Shown in pieces: positions 46,978 to 57,850 of a stretch of DNA of 58,927 bases (positions are counted from its first letter, which is position 1; each line of letters opens with the position of its first letter). The stretch covers positions 1 through 58,927 of the forward strand of contig CAJFSR010000002.1 of assembly GCA_904419735.1 (NCBI GenBank), given 5' to 3'. The DNA is from Candidatus Neochristensenella gallicola. GTDB lineage: Bacteria > Bacillota > Clostridia > Christensenellales > QALW01. The notes under the pieces were generated by a model. It ran no database searches. It was not told where the DNA came from and was given only the letters and a program-made list of their open reading frames with translations. The position numbers and the translations under genes were made by a program.

Positions 46978-49614
46978 TTATTTCTTAGCCCTGAGCTCGG
47001 CAATTCTGGCCTGGGCAGCAGCAAGACGCGCAATGGGTACTCTGAAGGGCGAGCAGGAAACGTAATTGAGACCTACTTCATAGCAGAATTTAACTGTGGA
47101 AGGATCTCCGCCGTGCTCTCCGCAGATGCCCAGCTTGATATCGGGACGGGTCTTGCGGCCCAGTTCGGCAGCCATTTTAACCAGCTTGCCTACGCCCTGC
47201 TGGTCAAGACGGGCAAAGGGATCAAACTCGTATATCTTCTTGGAATAGTAATCATCCAGGAACTTACCGGCGTCATCGCGGCTGAAGCCGAAGGTCATCT
47301 GGGTAAGGTCGTTTGTGCCGAAGGAGAAGAATTCAGCCTCCTGCGCAATCTCGTCGGCCAGAAGCGCCGCACGGGGTATCTCAATCATGGTGCCCACCAT
47401 AATCTTGAGCTGCACGCCCTTTTCTTCCATAACCTTATTGGCGGTAGCCATTACTATATCCTTAACATATTTAAGCTCTTTAACTTCGCCTACCAGCGGG
47501 ATCATTATCTCAGGCACTATGGTTTTGCCTGTGGCCTGGCTTACTTCTATAGCAGCCTCTACAACCGCACGGGTCTGCATTTCGGCAATTTCCGGATAGG
47601 TAACGGCCAGACGGCAGCCGCGGTGTCCCAGCATGGGGTTGAACTCGTGCAGAGAGTCAATGGTGGCCTTAAGCTCGTCATAGGTAAGGTTCATTTCCTT
47701 GGCCAGAGCTTCTATATCCTCTTTCTCGGTGGGCAGGAACTCATGCAGCGGGGGATCCAGGAAGCGGATGGTAACAGGACGCTCCTGCATGGCCTCGTAT
47801 ATGCCGATAAAGTCCTTCTTCTGGAAGGGCAGCAATTTTGCCAGAGCGGCTCTGCGCTGCTCCTCAGTCTTGCTGACTATCATTTCGCGCATAGCGGGAA
47901 TTCTGTCCTCGTCAAAGAACATATGCTCGGTACGGCAAAGGCCTATGCCTTCAGCGCCGAATTCCACAGCCTTAAGAGCGTCGCGGGGAGTGTCGGCGTT
48001 GGTGCGTACTTTCATGGTGCGGATGCTGTCCGCCCAGCCCATGATGGTGCCGAAATCGCCTGAAACGCTGGCGTCAACAGTGGCAATAGCTTCTCCGTAA
48101 ACATTACCGGTGCTTCCGTCAAGGGAAATATAATCTCCCTCCTTATATACTTTGCCGCCTACGGTAAACGTGCCGGCAGCTTCATCAATAACAATGTCGC
48201 CGCAGCCCGCAACGCAGCAGGTACCCATTCCGCGGGCAACAACCGCAGCGTGGGAGGTCATTCCGCCGCGGACGGTCAGAATACCCTGGGAAGCGTACAT
48301 GCCCTCGATATCCTCCGGGCTGGTTTCCAGTCTTACCAGCACTACCTTATTGCCGGCCTTGGCTGATTCAATGGCAGCCTCGGCAGTAAAGCACACCTGG
48401 CCGCAGGCAGCTCCGGGAGAAGCGGGCAGGCCCTTAGCTATGGGCTTAGCCTTTTTAAGGGCGGTAGCTTCAAACTGAGGATGCAGTAAAGCGTCCAGCT
48501 GCTTGGGATCAATGTTCATTACGGCGTCTTCCTTGCTTATCATACCTTCGTTCACAAGGTCAACTGCGATTTTTATGGCAGCGGCGGCAGTGCGCTTGCC
48601 GTTACGGGTCTGCAGCATGTAGAGCTTGCCTTTTTCAATGGTAAATTCCATATCCTGCATATCGCGGTAATGCTTTTCAAGAGTTTCGGCTATCTGAGCA
48701 AACTGGTTGTAAACAGCCTCATTGGTGTTCTTAAGCTCGCTTATGGGCTGAGGAGTGCGGATACCCGCAACTACGTCCTCGCCCTGGGCGTTCATAAGAT
48801 ATTCGCCGTAAAGCTTGCGCTCGCCGGTGGAAGGATTGCGGGTAAAGGCAACGCCTGTACCTGAATCATTTCCCATATTGCCGAATACCATAGCCTGTAC
48901 GTTTACGGCCGTTCCCCAGTCGCCGGGGATATCGTTCATGCGGCGGTAAACAATGGCGCGGGGATTATCCCAGGAGCGGAACACAGCCTTGACGGCCTCA
49001 AGCATCTGCTCTTTGGGCTCCTGCGGGAAAGCTTGTCCCTTGTTTTCAAGATAAATGGCCTTGTATTCTTCACAAATGCTCTTAAGGTCGTCAGCGGTAA
49101 GGTCGGTATCAAATTTATAGCCCTTCTCCTCTTTAACCCTGTCCAGCACGTTCTCAAACTTCATGCGGTCAATTTCCATAACCACGTCAGAGAACATTGT
49201 TATGAACCTGCGGTAGCTGTCATAAGCAAAGCGCTCGTTATTGGTAAGCTTGGCCAGGCCTACAACAGTCTGGTCATTCAGACCCAGGTTAAGGATGGTA
49301 TCCATCATGCCGGGCATGGAAGCGCGCGCGCCCGAACGAACTGAAACCAGGAAAGGATTGTTTACGTCTCCGAATTTCTTTCCGCAGATTTCTTCAGTTT
49401 TAGCCAGCGCTTCTTCAATCTGGGCTACAATCTCGTCCGAAATACGCTTGCCGTCCTCATAATATTTAGTGCAGGCTTCGGTTGTAACAGTGAAGCCCTG
49501 GGGCACGGGAAGCCCCAGCCCTGTCATCTCGGCAAGGTTTGCGCCTTTGCCGCCCAGGAGATTGCGCATGCTTGCGTCTCCCTCGCTGAAAAGGTAAACA
49601 TACTTTTTGCTCAT
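46978..49614 (-). CDS. ppdK: Pyruvate, phosphate dikinase
   Basis: LGGKGANLAEM, SMPGMMDT, GGMTSHAAVVAR phospho-His, GLCRTEHM, FSFGTNDLTQ, GICGEHGG. Confidence 0.98.
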   Translation of the reverse strand: MSKKYVYLFSEGDASMRNLLGGKGANLAEMTGLGLPVPQGFTVTTEACTKYYEDGKRISDEIVAQIEEALAKTEEICGKKFGDVNNPFLVSVRSGARASMPGMMDTILNLGLNDQTVVGLAKLTNNERFAYDSYRRFITMFSDVVMEIDRMKFENVLDRVKEEKGYKFDTDLTADDLKSICEEYKAIYLENKGQAFPQEPKEQMLEAVKAVFRSWDNPRAIVYRRMNDIPGDWGTAVNVQAMVFGNMGNDSGTGVAFTRNPSTGERKLYGEYLMNAQGEDVVAGIRTPQPISELKNTNEAVYNQFAQIAETLEKHYRDMQDMEFTIEKGKLYMLQTRNGKRTAAAAIKIAVDLVNEGMISKEDAVMNIDPKQLDALLHPQFEATALKKAKPIAKGLPASPGAACGQVCFTAEAAIESAKAGNKVVLVRLETSPEDIEGMYASQGILTVRGGMTSHAAVVARGMGTCCVAGCGDIVIDEAAGTFTVGGKVYKEGDYISLDGSTGNVYGEAIATVDASVSGDFGTIMGWADSIRTMKVRTNADTPRDALKAVEFGAEGIGLCRTEHMFFDEDRIPAMREMIVSKTEEQRRAALAKLLPFQKKDFIGIYEAMQERPVTIRFLDPPLHEFLPTEKEDIEALAKEMNLTYDELKATIDSLHEFNPMLGHRGCRLAVTYPEIAEMQTRAVVEAAIEVSQATGKTIVPEIMIPLVGEVKELKYVKDIVMATANKVMEEKGVQLKIMVGTMIEIPRAALLADEIAQEAEFFSFGTNDLTQMTFGFSRDDAGKFLDDYYSKKIYEFDPFARLDQQGVGKLVKMAAELGRKTRPDIKLGICGEHGGDPSTVKFCYEVGLNYVSCSPFRVPIARLAAAQARIAELRAKK

Positions 49615-50024
49615 TAACAGTATTCCTCCTAATTAAAATCTAAAAGCAGCTTGCTGCTTTATGGCAAAAATTATACCGGCCGTAAGCGTATAAATGCAAG
49701 GAGGCCGGCACTCCTCAAAGCACCTAAAGTATAATAATACAATTAACAAAAAAACACAACTATATTTTGCGCTTTAAAGGCGCAAAAAAATAAGATAATG
49801 AATAATATCCTGCAAAATTAATAAAATTTTTAAATTTTCAGCCGGATAAAGGACGGGCGCGCATATATGATGCCGTCTGTTTTTATAAAAATAATTACTC
49901 TTTCATATCTGGGATTACAGAAATTTTTCCGACGGTTTTTTGCATGATATAAAATACAGAAGCTTTGGTTAAACAGGCATATGCCGGGCAGACGGGAAAA
50001 AACAGAGCAAGCGCGGCGTGCAAA

Positions 50025-50762
50025 TTAAAGCTGCGGCAGAAAATAACCGACGCTTTTAAACTGACAATCAAAGCATATCTGCATATGGCGCACAAGCAGC
50101 ATAAAAGCGTTATCCGTTGTCTTTTTTTCTGCTTCGCATAGAAAAGTTTCGTTTTCTGAACAAACGCAGCCGTCAATGAAACCAGGGGTTTGGCTTTCCA
50201 GCATGATTAAGCCGGCCGTACCCGTTTTTTGGGCGCATTTGCGGCATATCCCCCCCTCTCCCGGTATAAAATATTCGGCCTTGCTGCCGCAGGAAATACA
50301 GTATTCAATTCCAGGCAGATATCCGCTTATTTTTAAAAGCCTGGCGATAAAAAGAGCCAGCAGCGCTTTAGGCGGAGTACCGGAGCAGAGAGTGAAAAGG
50401 CAGCCCCTCAGCAGCTCAAACAGTTCAGGCTGCGGCTGCTGTGTCCCGGCATAGTTAATTATCTCCACCATAGCCGAAGCCGCGCACATTTTATCAATAT
50501 CCTCCCGCAGGGAATAAAAGCTGTCCTTTAAAACGCAGCCCATTAAAGCGTACCGGCTGTTTTTATCGTTAAGCATATAGCTGCCGTATGTAAAAAGCTC
50601 CGCGGCAAAGCGGAGCTTGGCGTTCTGCCGGCGCACTCCCCTGGCCGAAACGCTTATAAGGCCGTAATCAGGAGTAAGCAGAGTAAGCATGCGGTCGGCA
50701 TCCTTATAGTCCGCATACCTTAAAACTATGCCCTCGGTCTTTAATTCGCCCATTTCGCCCAA
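50025..50762 (-). CDS. recO: DNA repair protein RecO
   Basis: EGIVLR..DYKDADRMLTLLT...ARGVRR; CxxC...CxxC; downstream of era. Confidence 0.92.
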   Translation of the reverse strand: MGEMGELKTEGIVLRYADYKDADRMLTLLTPDYGLISVSARGVRRQNAKLRFAAELFTYGSYMLNDKNSRYALMGCVLKDSFYSLREDIDKMCAASAMVEIINYAGTQQPQPELFELLRGCLFTLCSGTPPKALLALFIARLLKISGYLPGIEYCISCGSKAEYFIPGEGGICRKCAQKTGTAGLIMLESQTPGFIDGCVCSENETFLCEAEKKTTDNAFMLLVRHMQICFDCQFKSVGYFLPQL

Positions 50763-50862
50763 GCATTCCTTTCCTTCTGCCGGTGTGTTTAGGCACCGGC
50801 AGCCGTTAACTTCAAACTCTATTTCATATTAAGGCGATCAGCCCTTCGCTTAAAGGGACTGT

Positions 50863-50973
50863 TCATTTCTTTTTATCCGTTCTTTCCCTTAAAGCCGCGC
50901 GGGTATTTAAATAGAGCGGGTCCCCCGTCTTGATAAAAAGCTTCCAAAGCGCCTCGTCCAGCTGCTTATCCAT
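50863..50973 (-). CDS. yqzL: YqzL-like small protein (36 aa; not in the ORF track)
   Basis: RBS aaggagggg; MDKQLDEALWKLFIKTGDPLYL contains the W..F..TG...Y motif; sits between era and recO. Confidence 0.75.
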   Translation of the reverse strand: MDKQLDEALWKLFIKTGDPLYLNTRAALRERTDKKK

Positions 50974-51063
50974 CGTGCTCCCCTCCTTTAATTATAGTTT
51001 GCGCTATAAATGAAGGATTATAAGCTTATAAATTATGGTAACGGCAGCGTTAAAGCGCATAAA

Positions 51064-51957
51064 TTATTTGCCCGAATAGCCCAGCTGCTTTAATACGCTT
51101 TGAGAATTGCGCCAGTCCTTTTGCACCTTTACAAACAGCTCAAGATAAATTGGGCACTGGAGCAGCTCCTCTAATTCCAGCCTGGCTTCGGCCCCTATTT
51201 TCTTCAGCATGGAGCCGTTTTTGCCTATTATAATACCCTTATGCGAATCTCTCTCACATAAAATATTGGCCAGAATATAGGTTGTGCCGTTGGAGCGCTG
51301 CTGCATTTTTTCTATTTCCACGCCCGTTCCGTGAGGCACTTCCTCTTTTAGCAGCATAAGCATTTTTTCTCGTATTACTTCAGAGGCCAGGAATTTTTCG
51401 GGATAATCGCTTACTATATCGTCCGGAAAGAACGCCGGGCCTTCGGGCATAACGCTGACTACAGCTTCCAAAAGGGCGCCAATATTATCACCGTTAAGCG
51501 CGCTTATTTCAAAAACGTCAGTTATGCCGGCGCATTCCAGCGCTTTAGCCTTAAGCGCGTCAATTTCCTCTTTCCCGGCCGAATCAGTCTTATTAATAAC
51601 CAGGAAAACCGGGCAGCTCATATTGGACAATCCGGTCAGCATTTCCCTGTCCAAAGGCCCGAAAAATTCGTCTGCGGCCAGCATTGCTATAACGCAGTCC
51701 ACGCCGTCAACAGAACCTTTCTGCTCCTTCATCATATATTCACCCAGTTTATTCTTAGGCTTATGTATACCCGGCGTGTCCAAAAATACTATCTGGTATT
51801 CCGGCTCAGTCAGAATCCCTTTTATAAGATTGCGGGTGGTTTGGCTCCGGGGAGTAACAATAGCCACCTTTTGCCCAAGCAATCTGTTTAAAAGGGTTGA
51901 TTTGCCTACGTTGGGCCGGCCGATAATGGCTGCAAAGCCTGCTTTATGAGCATTCAT
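51064..51957 (-). CDS. era: GTPase Era
   Basis: GRPNVGKSTL, QTTRN, DTPGIH, NKTD, KH domain IIIGKNG. Confidence 0.97.
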   Translation of the reverse strand: MNAHKAGFAAIIGRPNVGKSTLLNRLLGQKVAIVTPRSQTTRNLIKGILTEPEYQIVFLDTPGIHKPKNKLGEYMMKEQKGSVDGVDCVIAMLAADEFFGPLDREMLTGLSNMSCPVFLVINKTDSAGKEEIDALKAKALECAGITDVFEISALNGDNIGALLEAVVSVMPEGPAFFPDDIVSDYPEKFLASEVIREKMLMLLKEEVPHGTGVEIEKMQQRSNGTTYILANILCERDSHKGIIIGKNGSMLKKIGAEARLELEELLQCPIYLELFVKVQKDWRNSQSVLKQLGYSGK

Positions 51958-51963
51958 TTTCTA

Positions 51964-52890
51964 TTAAATCTCCATTTCTTCAATCTCTACCCTGGGCAGC
52001 ATATGCTCGAAATCCTCGCGCAGAGGGGTTGTGCCTTCAGCCAGCACGCATGCCGTTGCGGCAGCCACACCCTGAATAAAAAACCTTTCCATATCCAGCC
52101 CGTCGCTTATACCCTTAACGCAGCCGGCTACCATTGCGTCCCCTGCGCCTACCGCCGATTTAACCCGCACCTGCACGGGCGGAGCATAAAAGGCCTTTAG
52201 GCCATCGGTAATTAGGGCTCCGTTTTGCCCCATAGATACGCATACAATATTAACCCCTCTGCGCACTAATTCCAGAGCAGCCTGCAAATGCTCGCGGGGC
52301 GTTGAAAGCTCCTTTTTGGCATAGAGGGATAACTCGTAGCTGTTGGGCTTGACCATGTACGGCTGTAGTTCCAGGCCGGCCTCAAACGCAGAGCCGCTTG
52401 CGTCCAGCACGCATTTAATGCCGGAGCATTTATCCATGAGCTTGGCGTAATAGGAATGTTCGCAGCCCGGAGGCAGACTGCCTGAAAATACGGCCATATC
52501 ACATTGAGCCGCCCAACGCTCCACCAGCATTTCCAGCTCTTGCTTTTTTTCCTCGCTGGCGAACCGGCCGCTTTCATTAAATTCAGTCATAACCCCGCTT
52601 TCAATATCTATGACTTTTATGTTAGTGCGTATTTCTCCGGGCGAATATACAAATTCACAAGGTGTTTTTTCCTTATCCAGCCATTGGGTGAGGATGCTTC
52701 CGTTGCTTTCATAATTAAAGCCGGTGCAAAACGCCTGCCCTCCCAAACGGGTAAGGGTTACGCCTACATTTATGCCCTTGCCGCTCGGATTAATCATACT
52801 GTCTATAATTTTATTATACTGCCCCATAACAATGCCGTTTATTGTTATGGTTTTATCTATGCAGGGATTGGCGCATACTGTTAGTATCAT
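51964..52890 (-). CDS. 1-phosphofructokinase-family hexose kinase (PfkB)
   Basis: TVCANPCID, GKGINV, SGSLPPG, KPN, AVGAGD. Confidence 0.9.
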   Translation of the reverse strand: MILTVCANPCIDKTITINGIVMGQYNKIIDSMINPSGKGINVGVTLTRLGGQAFCTGFNYESNGSILTQWLDKEKTPCEFVYSPGEIRTNIKVIDIESGVMTEFNESGRFASEEKKQELEMLVERWAAQCDMAVFSGSLPPGCEHSYYAKLMDKCSGIKCVLDASGSAFEAGLELQPYMVKPNSYELSLYAKKELSTPREHLQAALELVRRGVNIVCVSMGQNGALITDGLKAFYAPPVQVRVKSAVGAGDAMVAGCVKGISDGLDMERFFIQGVAAATACVLAEGTTPLREDFEHMLPRVEIEEMEI

Positions 52891-52928
52891 GACAAAACCT
52901 CCAGATTTGTGCGGATGCCTTTTAAATA

Positions 52929-54167
52929 TTATTTCTCTTTTTCTGTTAAATAAACCGTCTCGCTTTTTTTGTTGTTCCGGGAAGGGCTTTCAAAATGCAC
53001 GGCGGCAATTCCCGCTGCAATTATGAACAGCAGCAGCTGGCCCGTCTGAACGTTAAAGGCTGTAACGTCCAGCATGCCGTGTGCAATAGTATAAATAAGG
53101 CAGCCGGCCACAGCGGAAATTTCTACACAGGCCCTTTTTCTCTTTTTAAAGGATACAAATACGTCCTTGAGCTGCTCGCCGAACATTATAAGCATGGAAC
53201 CTGTTCCGGCCACGCCGAAATCCAGCAGAAAATTGACAAATAGATTATGGGCGTGCAGATAGTTGCGGGACATAAGTCCTTCCCCGTAAATTCTGAAATA
53301 AAAGGGTCCTCCGCCGAAAATCGGCCTTTCCAAAAAACCTTCGAGCGCTACGGTTATGATATCCATGCGCTCGTGCCAGTTTTCCTCGACATTAAGCAGC
53401 CTGGGAATATGTTCGATGTTGAAAAGAGCTACCAGCAATACAGCCGCACAGCCGCCCGAATAAATTACGGCCAGCTTGTATTTTTTCATAACCAGCAGCA
53501 CAATCAGGCCCGCGGCGGCTATGCTGGGGATAGCCGTGCGGCATTGGGTAAAAAGCACGCCGGCAACGCAGAAGGTCACGGCTGCGGCATAAAGCACGCT
53601 GTATTTTTTATCGTATACGGCCACAAACGCCGCCACAGCCGTTATCAATACTAAAGAAAGCGCGTTGGCCAAAAGGTTGGGATTGTGAAAAGTTGCTTCG
53701 GGCCGATAATTGGTACCTTTTATTAACAGCTGGATAATTCCGATAAAAACAACCGCTATGCTTAATACGCACAGTATTCTAAAGCAAATTTGTATCAGGC
53801 TTTTATCCATAAAGTAAGCGGCCGTTATATAAACCACCAGCATGGGGAACATTACAAAAACCGTACCTAAAAGCCCCAGCCAGTTCTGCGTGAGCAGCGA
53901 GCCAATTACACCCACGCCGCAGAATATGCACGCATATAAAAAACCGGGCGAATGTATAAACGCATCCCTGGTTCTTTTTCGCAAAAGAAATATCAGCGCC
54001 GTAACCCCGCATACAACCCCGGCTGCATAAGCGGTCAAAAATATGCTGGCAACGCATATTATTATAAGTTTCTGCTCCAAACCGCGCTGTAAAAAAGCAT
54101 TAATCAGTGTTTTAATGCCGGCAGCGCCTTTTGCAGCGAATTTATCCATAGTATCCATCCTAACCAT
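52929..54167 (-). CDS. O-antigen ligase family membrane protein
   Basis: Multi-TM; R..ATFHNPN, TQCR, PIFGGG, HAHNLF. Confidence 0.85.
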   Translation of the reverse strand: MVRMDTMDKFAAKGAAGIKTLINAFLQRGLEQKLIIICVASIFLTAYAAGVVCGVTALIFLLRKRTRDAFIHSPGFLYACIFCGVGVIGSLLTQNWLGLLGTVFVMFPMLVVYITAAYFMDKSLIQICFRILCVLSIAVVFIGIIQLLIKGTNYRPEATFHNPNLLANALSLVLITAVAAFVAVYDKKYSVLYAAAVTFCVAGVLFTQCRTAIPSIAAAGLIVLLVMKKYKLAVIYSGGCAAVLLVALFNIEHIPRLLNVEENWHERMDIITVALEGFLERPIFGGGPFYFRIYGEGLMSRNYLHAHNLFVNFLLDFGVAGTGSMLIMFGEQLKDVFVSFKKRKRACVEISAVAGCLIYTIAHGMLDVTAFNVQTGQLLLFIIAAGIAAVHFESPSRNNKKSETVYLTEKEK

Positions 54168-54273
54168 TACCCTGTTCCTGCCAGCTTGCCGATGCGAGCG
54201 GACAGAACCTCAGCAATAATATTTACCGCGTATATTATTATACCATATGATGGAATAAAATCCAAGGGAGGTT

Positions 54274-54906
54274 TTAAAGCAATTTTTCAATCTCCCGTAA
54301 GTTCTCAATGACGGGCGCTCCGCATTTTTTCAGCCTGTCCATGCTTTGGTGCCCGGAAAAATAGAGGATGCAGGCGCAGCCAACGCTGCGCGCCGTTTCA
54401 TAATCATGCAGAGTATCCCCTATCAGGATGCCGTTTTCGCTCCTCAATGAGTTTTCTCTGATAAAATTTACAGCAAGCTGAGTTTTGCCGAAGGCGTGGA
54501 TATTATCCGCGCCTATTATGCGGCTGAAATATGTACGCACGCCCAGAGCCTCGGTCTGCCTTAGCAGCGCGCCCGTTTCAGAGGCTGAAAGCAGTATCTG
54601 CTCCATCCCTTTTTCGCGCAGATATGACAGCACCCTAAGCGCGCCGTCAGTAAGCGCGCAATTCTGAACCAGTTTGCTGTATTCCTCTACATAGGCGGCG
54701 CTTAATTCTTCAAACCGGACGGCCGATAAATCAAATCCGGCCAGCTTGTAATAGTCTACAACCGGAAAAGTAAATATATCCATATACCTCTTATTGCTTA
54801 GACGCTCCAGCCCGTATTTTTCCAGGACTTTATTCATTGCCCGGAGGGAGGCCGCGCTGTCGTCCATAAGGGTGCCGTTCCAATCCCAGATTATATATTC
54901 AGGCAT
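54274..54906 (-). CDS. HAD-IA family hydrolase
   Basis: WDWNGTL, ILLSAS, IGDTLHD. Confidence 0.88.
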   Translation of the reverse strand: MPEYIIWDWNGTLMDDSAASLRAMNKVLEKYGLERLSNKRYMDIFTFPVVDYYKLAGFDLSAVRFEELSAAYVEEYSKLVQNCALTDGALRVLSYLREKGMEQILLSASETGALLRQTEALGVRTYFSRIIGADNIHAFGKTQLAVNFIRENSLRSENGILIGDTLHDYETARSVGCACILYFSGHQSMDRLKKCGAPVIENLREIEKLL

Positions 54907-54908
54907 AA

Positions 54909-55679
54909 TTATTTTCCGTAAAACAGCTTTGAATAGGTTTTCATGCTGAATTGGTCGTCGCTTGAAGAGTTGAGGATAACCGCGCCTTTGCCTGCGTCCG
55001 AAGGGCGCTTTATTCCCTTTTCCTCAAGTACGCTCTTAAGCCGGTTCACGGTTCCGTGGTTGCCGTCAAAAATAAGCACATCCTCACCGAACGCTTCCTT
55101 TATGTCCTCTTTTATAAATACATAATGCGTGCAGCCCAGCACTATCGCCTGTATGCCTGTGTTTTTATACGGCGCTAGAAGCCCGGCAAGATAATCCTCC
55201 AATTCGTTGCTGTGGCTTAATACGTTATGCTCGATCATTCCGGCCAGCTTGTTGCAGGCTAAATTTACAACCCGTTCGCGCGCATTAAAGCGCTCTAAAA
55301 GATTATTGTACCGTTCCAAACGTATTGTGGCGGGAGTGGCCATCATCAGCACCTTGCCTTCTACAGCCGCCAGCGCCGGCTTTATGGCAGGCTCCATGCC
55401 TATAACGGGAATATCCACTTCCTTGCGCAGTTCGTCTATAACGGCGCTGGTAGCGGTATTGCACGCTATAACCAGGGCCTTTATATCGTTGGACATAAGA
55501 TAGCCTATGCCCCGCATGGTAAGTTCAAAAATCTCCTCCCGGCTTTTTTCTCCATAGGGAGCGTTAGCCGAATCTCCGTAATAAATATAGTTTTCTTCAG
55601 GCATAAGCGCGCAGGCTTCTTTAAGCACGCTCAGCCCTCCTACTCCAGAATCAAAAAAGCCTATGCTTTTGTTAATCAT
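54909..55679 (-). CDS. murI: Glutamate racemase
   Basis: FDSGVGGLSV, PYG, IACNTAT, LGCTHY. Confidence 0.96.
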   Translation of the reverse strand: MINKSIGFFDSGVGGLSVLKEACALMPEENYIYYGDSANAPYGEKSREEIFELTMRGIGYLMSNDIKALVIACNTATSAVIDELRKEVDIPVIGMEPAIKPALAAVEGKVLMMATPATIRLERYNNLLERFNARERVVNLACNKLAGMIEHNVLSHSNELEDYLAGLLAPYKNTGIQAIVLGCTHYVFIKEDIKEAFGEDVLIFDGNHGTVNRLKSVLEEKGIKRPSDAGKGAVILNSSSDDQFSMKTYSKLFYGK

Positions 55680-55693
55680 TTGTATCCATCCTT

Positions 55694-56728
55694 TCAAACT
55701 TCTGCTGAAAACATCATATCTATGGCCTCGGCCAGCAGTTCAGCGGAATACATTACTTCTTCCAGGGTGTTGTAATGATTGCCCATCTCGATTAACACGG
55801 AACCATCGCATAAATGCTGATTGTATCTGTTGGTTTTCATATTTACGTCTTTGCATAAATAGTCGTTCATGCCGTTTAAATAATCGGTAAGGGTCTGCGC
55901 TATCTTTAAATTATATTGCCAGTTTGGCTTAATGTCAAATCTATTCCCTTCGGTTCCCTCAGCCGTACCTATTACAAACATTATCCTTGCGGCGTCCCGT
56001 CCGTTTACTTCGGCAGTGTTCACGGGCTTCTTGACGGTATTGTAAGCGTCTCGGTGGAGGTCGATAACCAAATCAAATTCGCCGTCCTCCTCCAAATGCT
56101 TTTCTATTGTCTTCAGCGAACGCTCATAAGCGGTATAAAATCCCGCGGAAATATGGTCGGTCTTGTCGTGGATAACCGTATAGCCCATATTGGTAAGCTG
56201 CTCTGTCAAAACTTCGCCTACCTTGACAATGCTGTATTCCTGGTCGTATGTACGGCCTTCGCTTGTTTCTTTATATACGTCGTCAGCCTGCTTTTTGAAG
56301 GATTCGTCATTGTGAGTGTGATATATCAGTATCTTAATGTTGCTTTTTTCATCCTTCAGATCCAGCGGCTCCAGCTTCAGTCCCTCGGTTATTTGCTCAA
56401 CCTCCATTTTAAGGTCGTCGGAAATTTCATCTCCGCCGAATATTATATCGTCCTCCGGCGCCCAGAGGGACAGCTCCGCATCAGGAAAGCTGCCCTTAAC
56501 TATGGAAACGGGAGAGGAGACGTCCACGCCGAAAATAACCCGGCCCGCAAAAGCGCCCAGCCTGTCCAGCACCTTTGAAAAAGTGCTCTGAGGCTGGGCA
56601 TAATAATCCTCCCGGGAACTTAACGATACGCTTGAAGCGGGCCTATTTACCAAAAACAGCACGACAGATATTGTTACCGTAACTTTTACGGCGGCTTTAA
56701 AAAATGAAAATATTTTATTCCCCAGCAT
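55694..56728 (-). CDS. spoIIP: Stage II sporulation protein P (amidase/endopeptidase)
   Basis: ILIYHTH..ES, IDLHRDA, YNQHL, LIEMG; downstream of gpr. Confidence 0.93.
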   Translation of the reverse strand: MLGNKIFSFFKAAVKVTVTISVVLFLVNRPASSVSLSSREDYYAQPQSTFSKVLDRLGAFAGRVIFGVDVSSPVSIVKGSFPDAELSLWAPEDDIIFGGDEISDDLKMEVEQITEGLKLEPLDLKDEKSNIKILIYHTHNDESFKKQADDVYKETSEGRTYDQEYSIVKVGEVLTEQLTNMGYTVIHDKTDHISAGFYTAYERSLKTIEKHLEEDGEFDLVIDLHRDAYNTVKKPVNTAEVNGRDAARIMFVIGTAEGTEGNRFDIKPNWQYNLKIAQTLTDYLNGMNDYLCKDVNMKTNRYNQHLCDGSVLIEMGNHYNTLEEVMYSAELLAEAIDMMFSAEV

Positions 56729-56796
56729 AAAAATATCCCTCTTTTCTCAGGTAAGTTACATAGATATTTTTATGCCCCGGCTGCAAGGTATATTAC

Positions 56797-57714
56797 TCAG
56801 TACATAAAATCTCTGATTTCTTCCATATTAACCCCGTCGTGCAGGGCCAGATTCAGGCCGTCGGCCAGCATGCGTGAGCAGTCGTCTATTATTACGTCAA
56901 TTTCTTTGGGCGTAACTATAAGCTCTTTAATATTTTCGTTTATATAGTCCTCAGCCGAAAGGCGCATCCTCCCGTCATTATTCTGCTCCAGAAAATCCTC
57001 CAGCACAGAAGAGGCGTAGACTACCATAGGAATGCCCAGGGCATAAACCGGGATTCCCAGGGTCTCCCGGTTTATGCCGCAGCGCTTGTTCCCCACTCCC
57101 GCACCAGGCGCTATTCCCGTATTGCTCATCTGGATTGTGTCCTTTATTCTCTGGGCGCTGGCAGCCGCAAGAGAATCAATGGCGATTATATACTGCGGCT
57201 TTATTTTTTCGCACAATGCGGAAATTATATCTGAGCTTTCAATGCCGGTAACTCCCAGTACGCCGGGAGCTATTGCGCAGACCGAGTTTACGCGGCTGTC
57301 CACTTGATCAGGTATCATCTGGAGCAGATGCCTTGTAATCATAAGCTTATTAACAGTTTTTGGCCCCAGAGCATCTGGAGTCATCCTTGAGTTGCCCAGG
57401 CCGGCTACCAGCACCGTCCTGCCCTTTTCAGGCCGGGGAAGCAGTTCCTTAAGCTGTTCGCACACCGCCCTGCCTATAAGGCTGTGGTGCTCGGCATCCC
57501 TGTTGGAAATATATTCGGCGGTTATTGTTATATATACCCCCTTTTGCTTGCCCAGTTTCTGCGCGGCTTCGTCAGTCAGGATTTCCACTCTTGTTACTTT
57601 AATATCCTTGTTTATCGCCCGGCTTTCGGATTTTATGCCGTCAGCCGCCCCGCCCCGTGAAGTATGATGCTCAAAAGCCTCGTTAGCTAAATCAGTCCTC
57701 AAAGACATCTGCAA
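56797..57714 (-). CDS. gpr: Germination protease
   Basis: RTDLA, GLGN..MTPDALGP, PGVLGVTGIE, IDSLAA, PGAGVGN, VTPKEID. Confidence 0.96.
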   Translation of the reverse strand: MQMSLRTDLANEAFEHHTSRGGAADGIKSESRAINKDIKVTRVEILTDEAAQKLGKQKGVYITITAEYISNRDAEHHSLIGRAVCEQLKELLPRPEKGRTVLVAGLGNSRMTPDALGPKTVNKLMITRHLLQMIPDQVDSRVNSVCAIAPGVLGVTGIESSDIISALCEKIKPQYIIAIDSLAAASAQRIKDTIQMSNTGIAPGAGVGNKRCGINRETLGIPVYALGIPMVVYASSVLEDFLEQNNDGRMRLSAEDYINENIKELIVTPKEIDVIIDDCSRMLADGLNLALHDGVNMEEIRDFMY

Positions 57715-57750
57715 TCACTCCGTTTACGCATAAATTAATCTATTAATCGC

Positions 57751-57779
57751 ATTTTGGCCAAATATAATTTTAATTATGC
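57751..57779 (-). promoter_or_regulatory. Sigma-F-type promoter of gpr
   Basis: Minus strand GCATA, 15-nt spacer, GGCCAAAAT; matches the sigma-F consensus, and gpr is a known sigma-F/G gene. Confidence 0.65.
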
Positions 57780-57850
57780 AAAAAAACTATTGCGTTAAAT
57801 AAATATTTATGCTAACATGTATTAGTCAACGCAGCAGAGGGGGTGAATCT

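Noticed and set aside
47113-48063. 316-aa antisense ORF inside ppdK (and similar antisense ORFs in tig, lon, rqcH, spoIIP)
   Set aside because: Expected by-product of codon bias on the opposite strand of conserved genes
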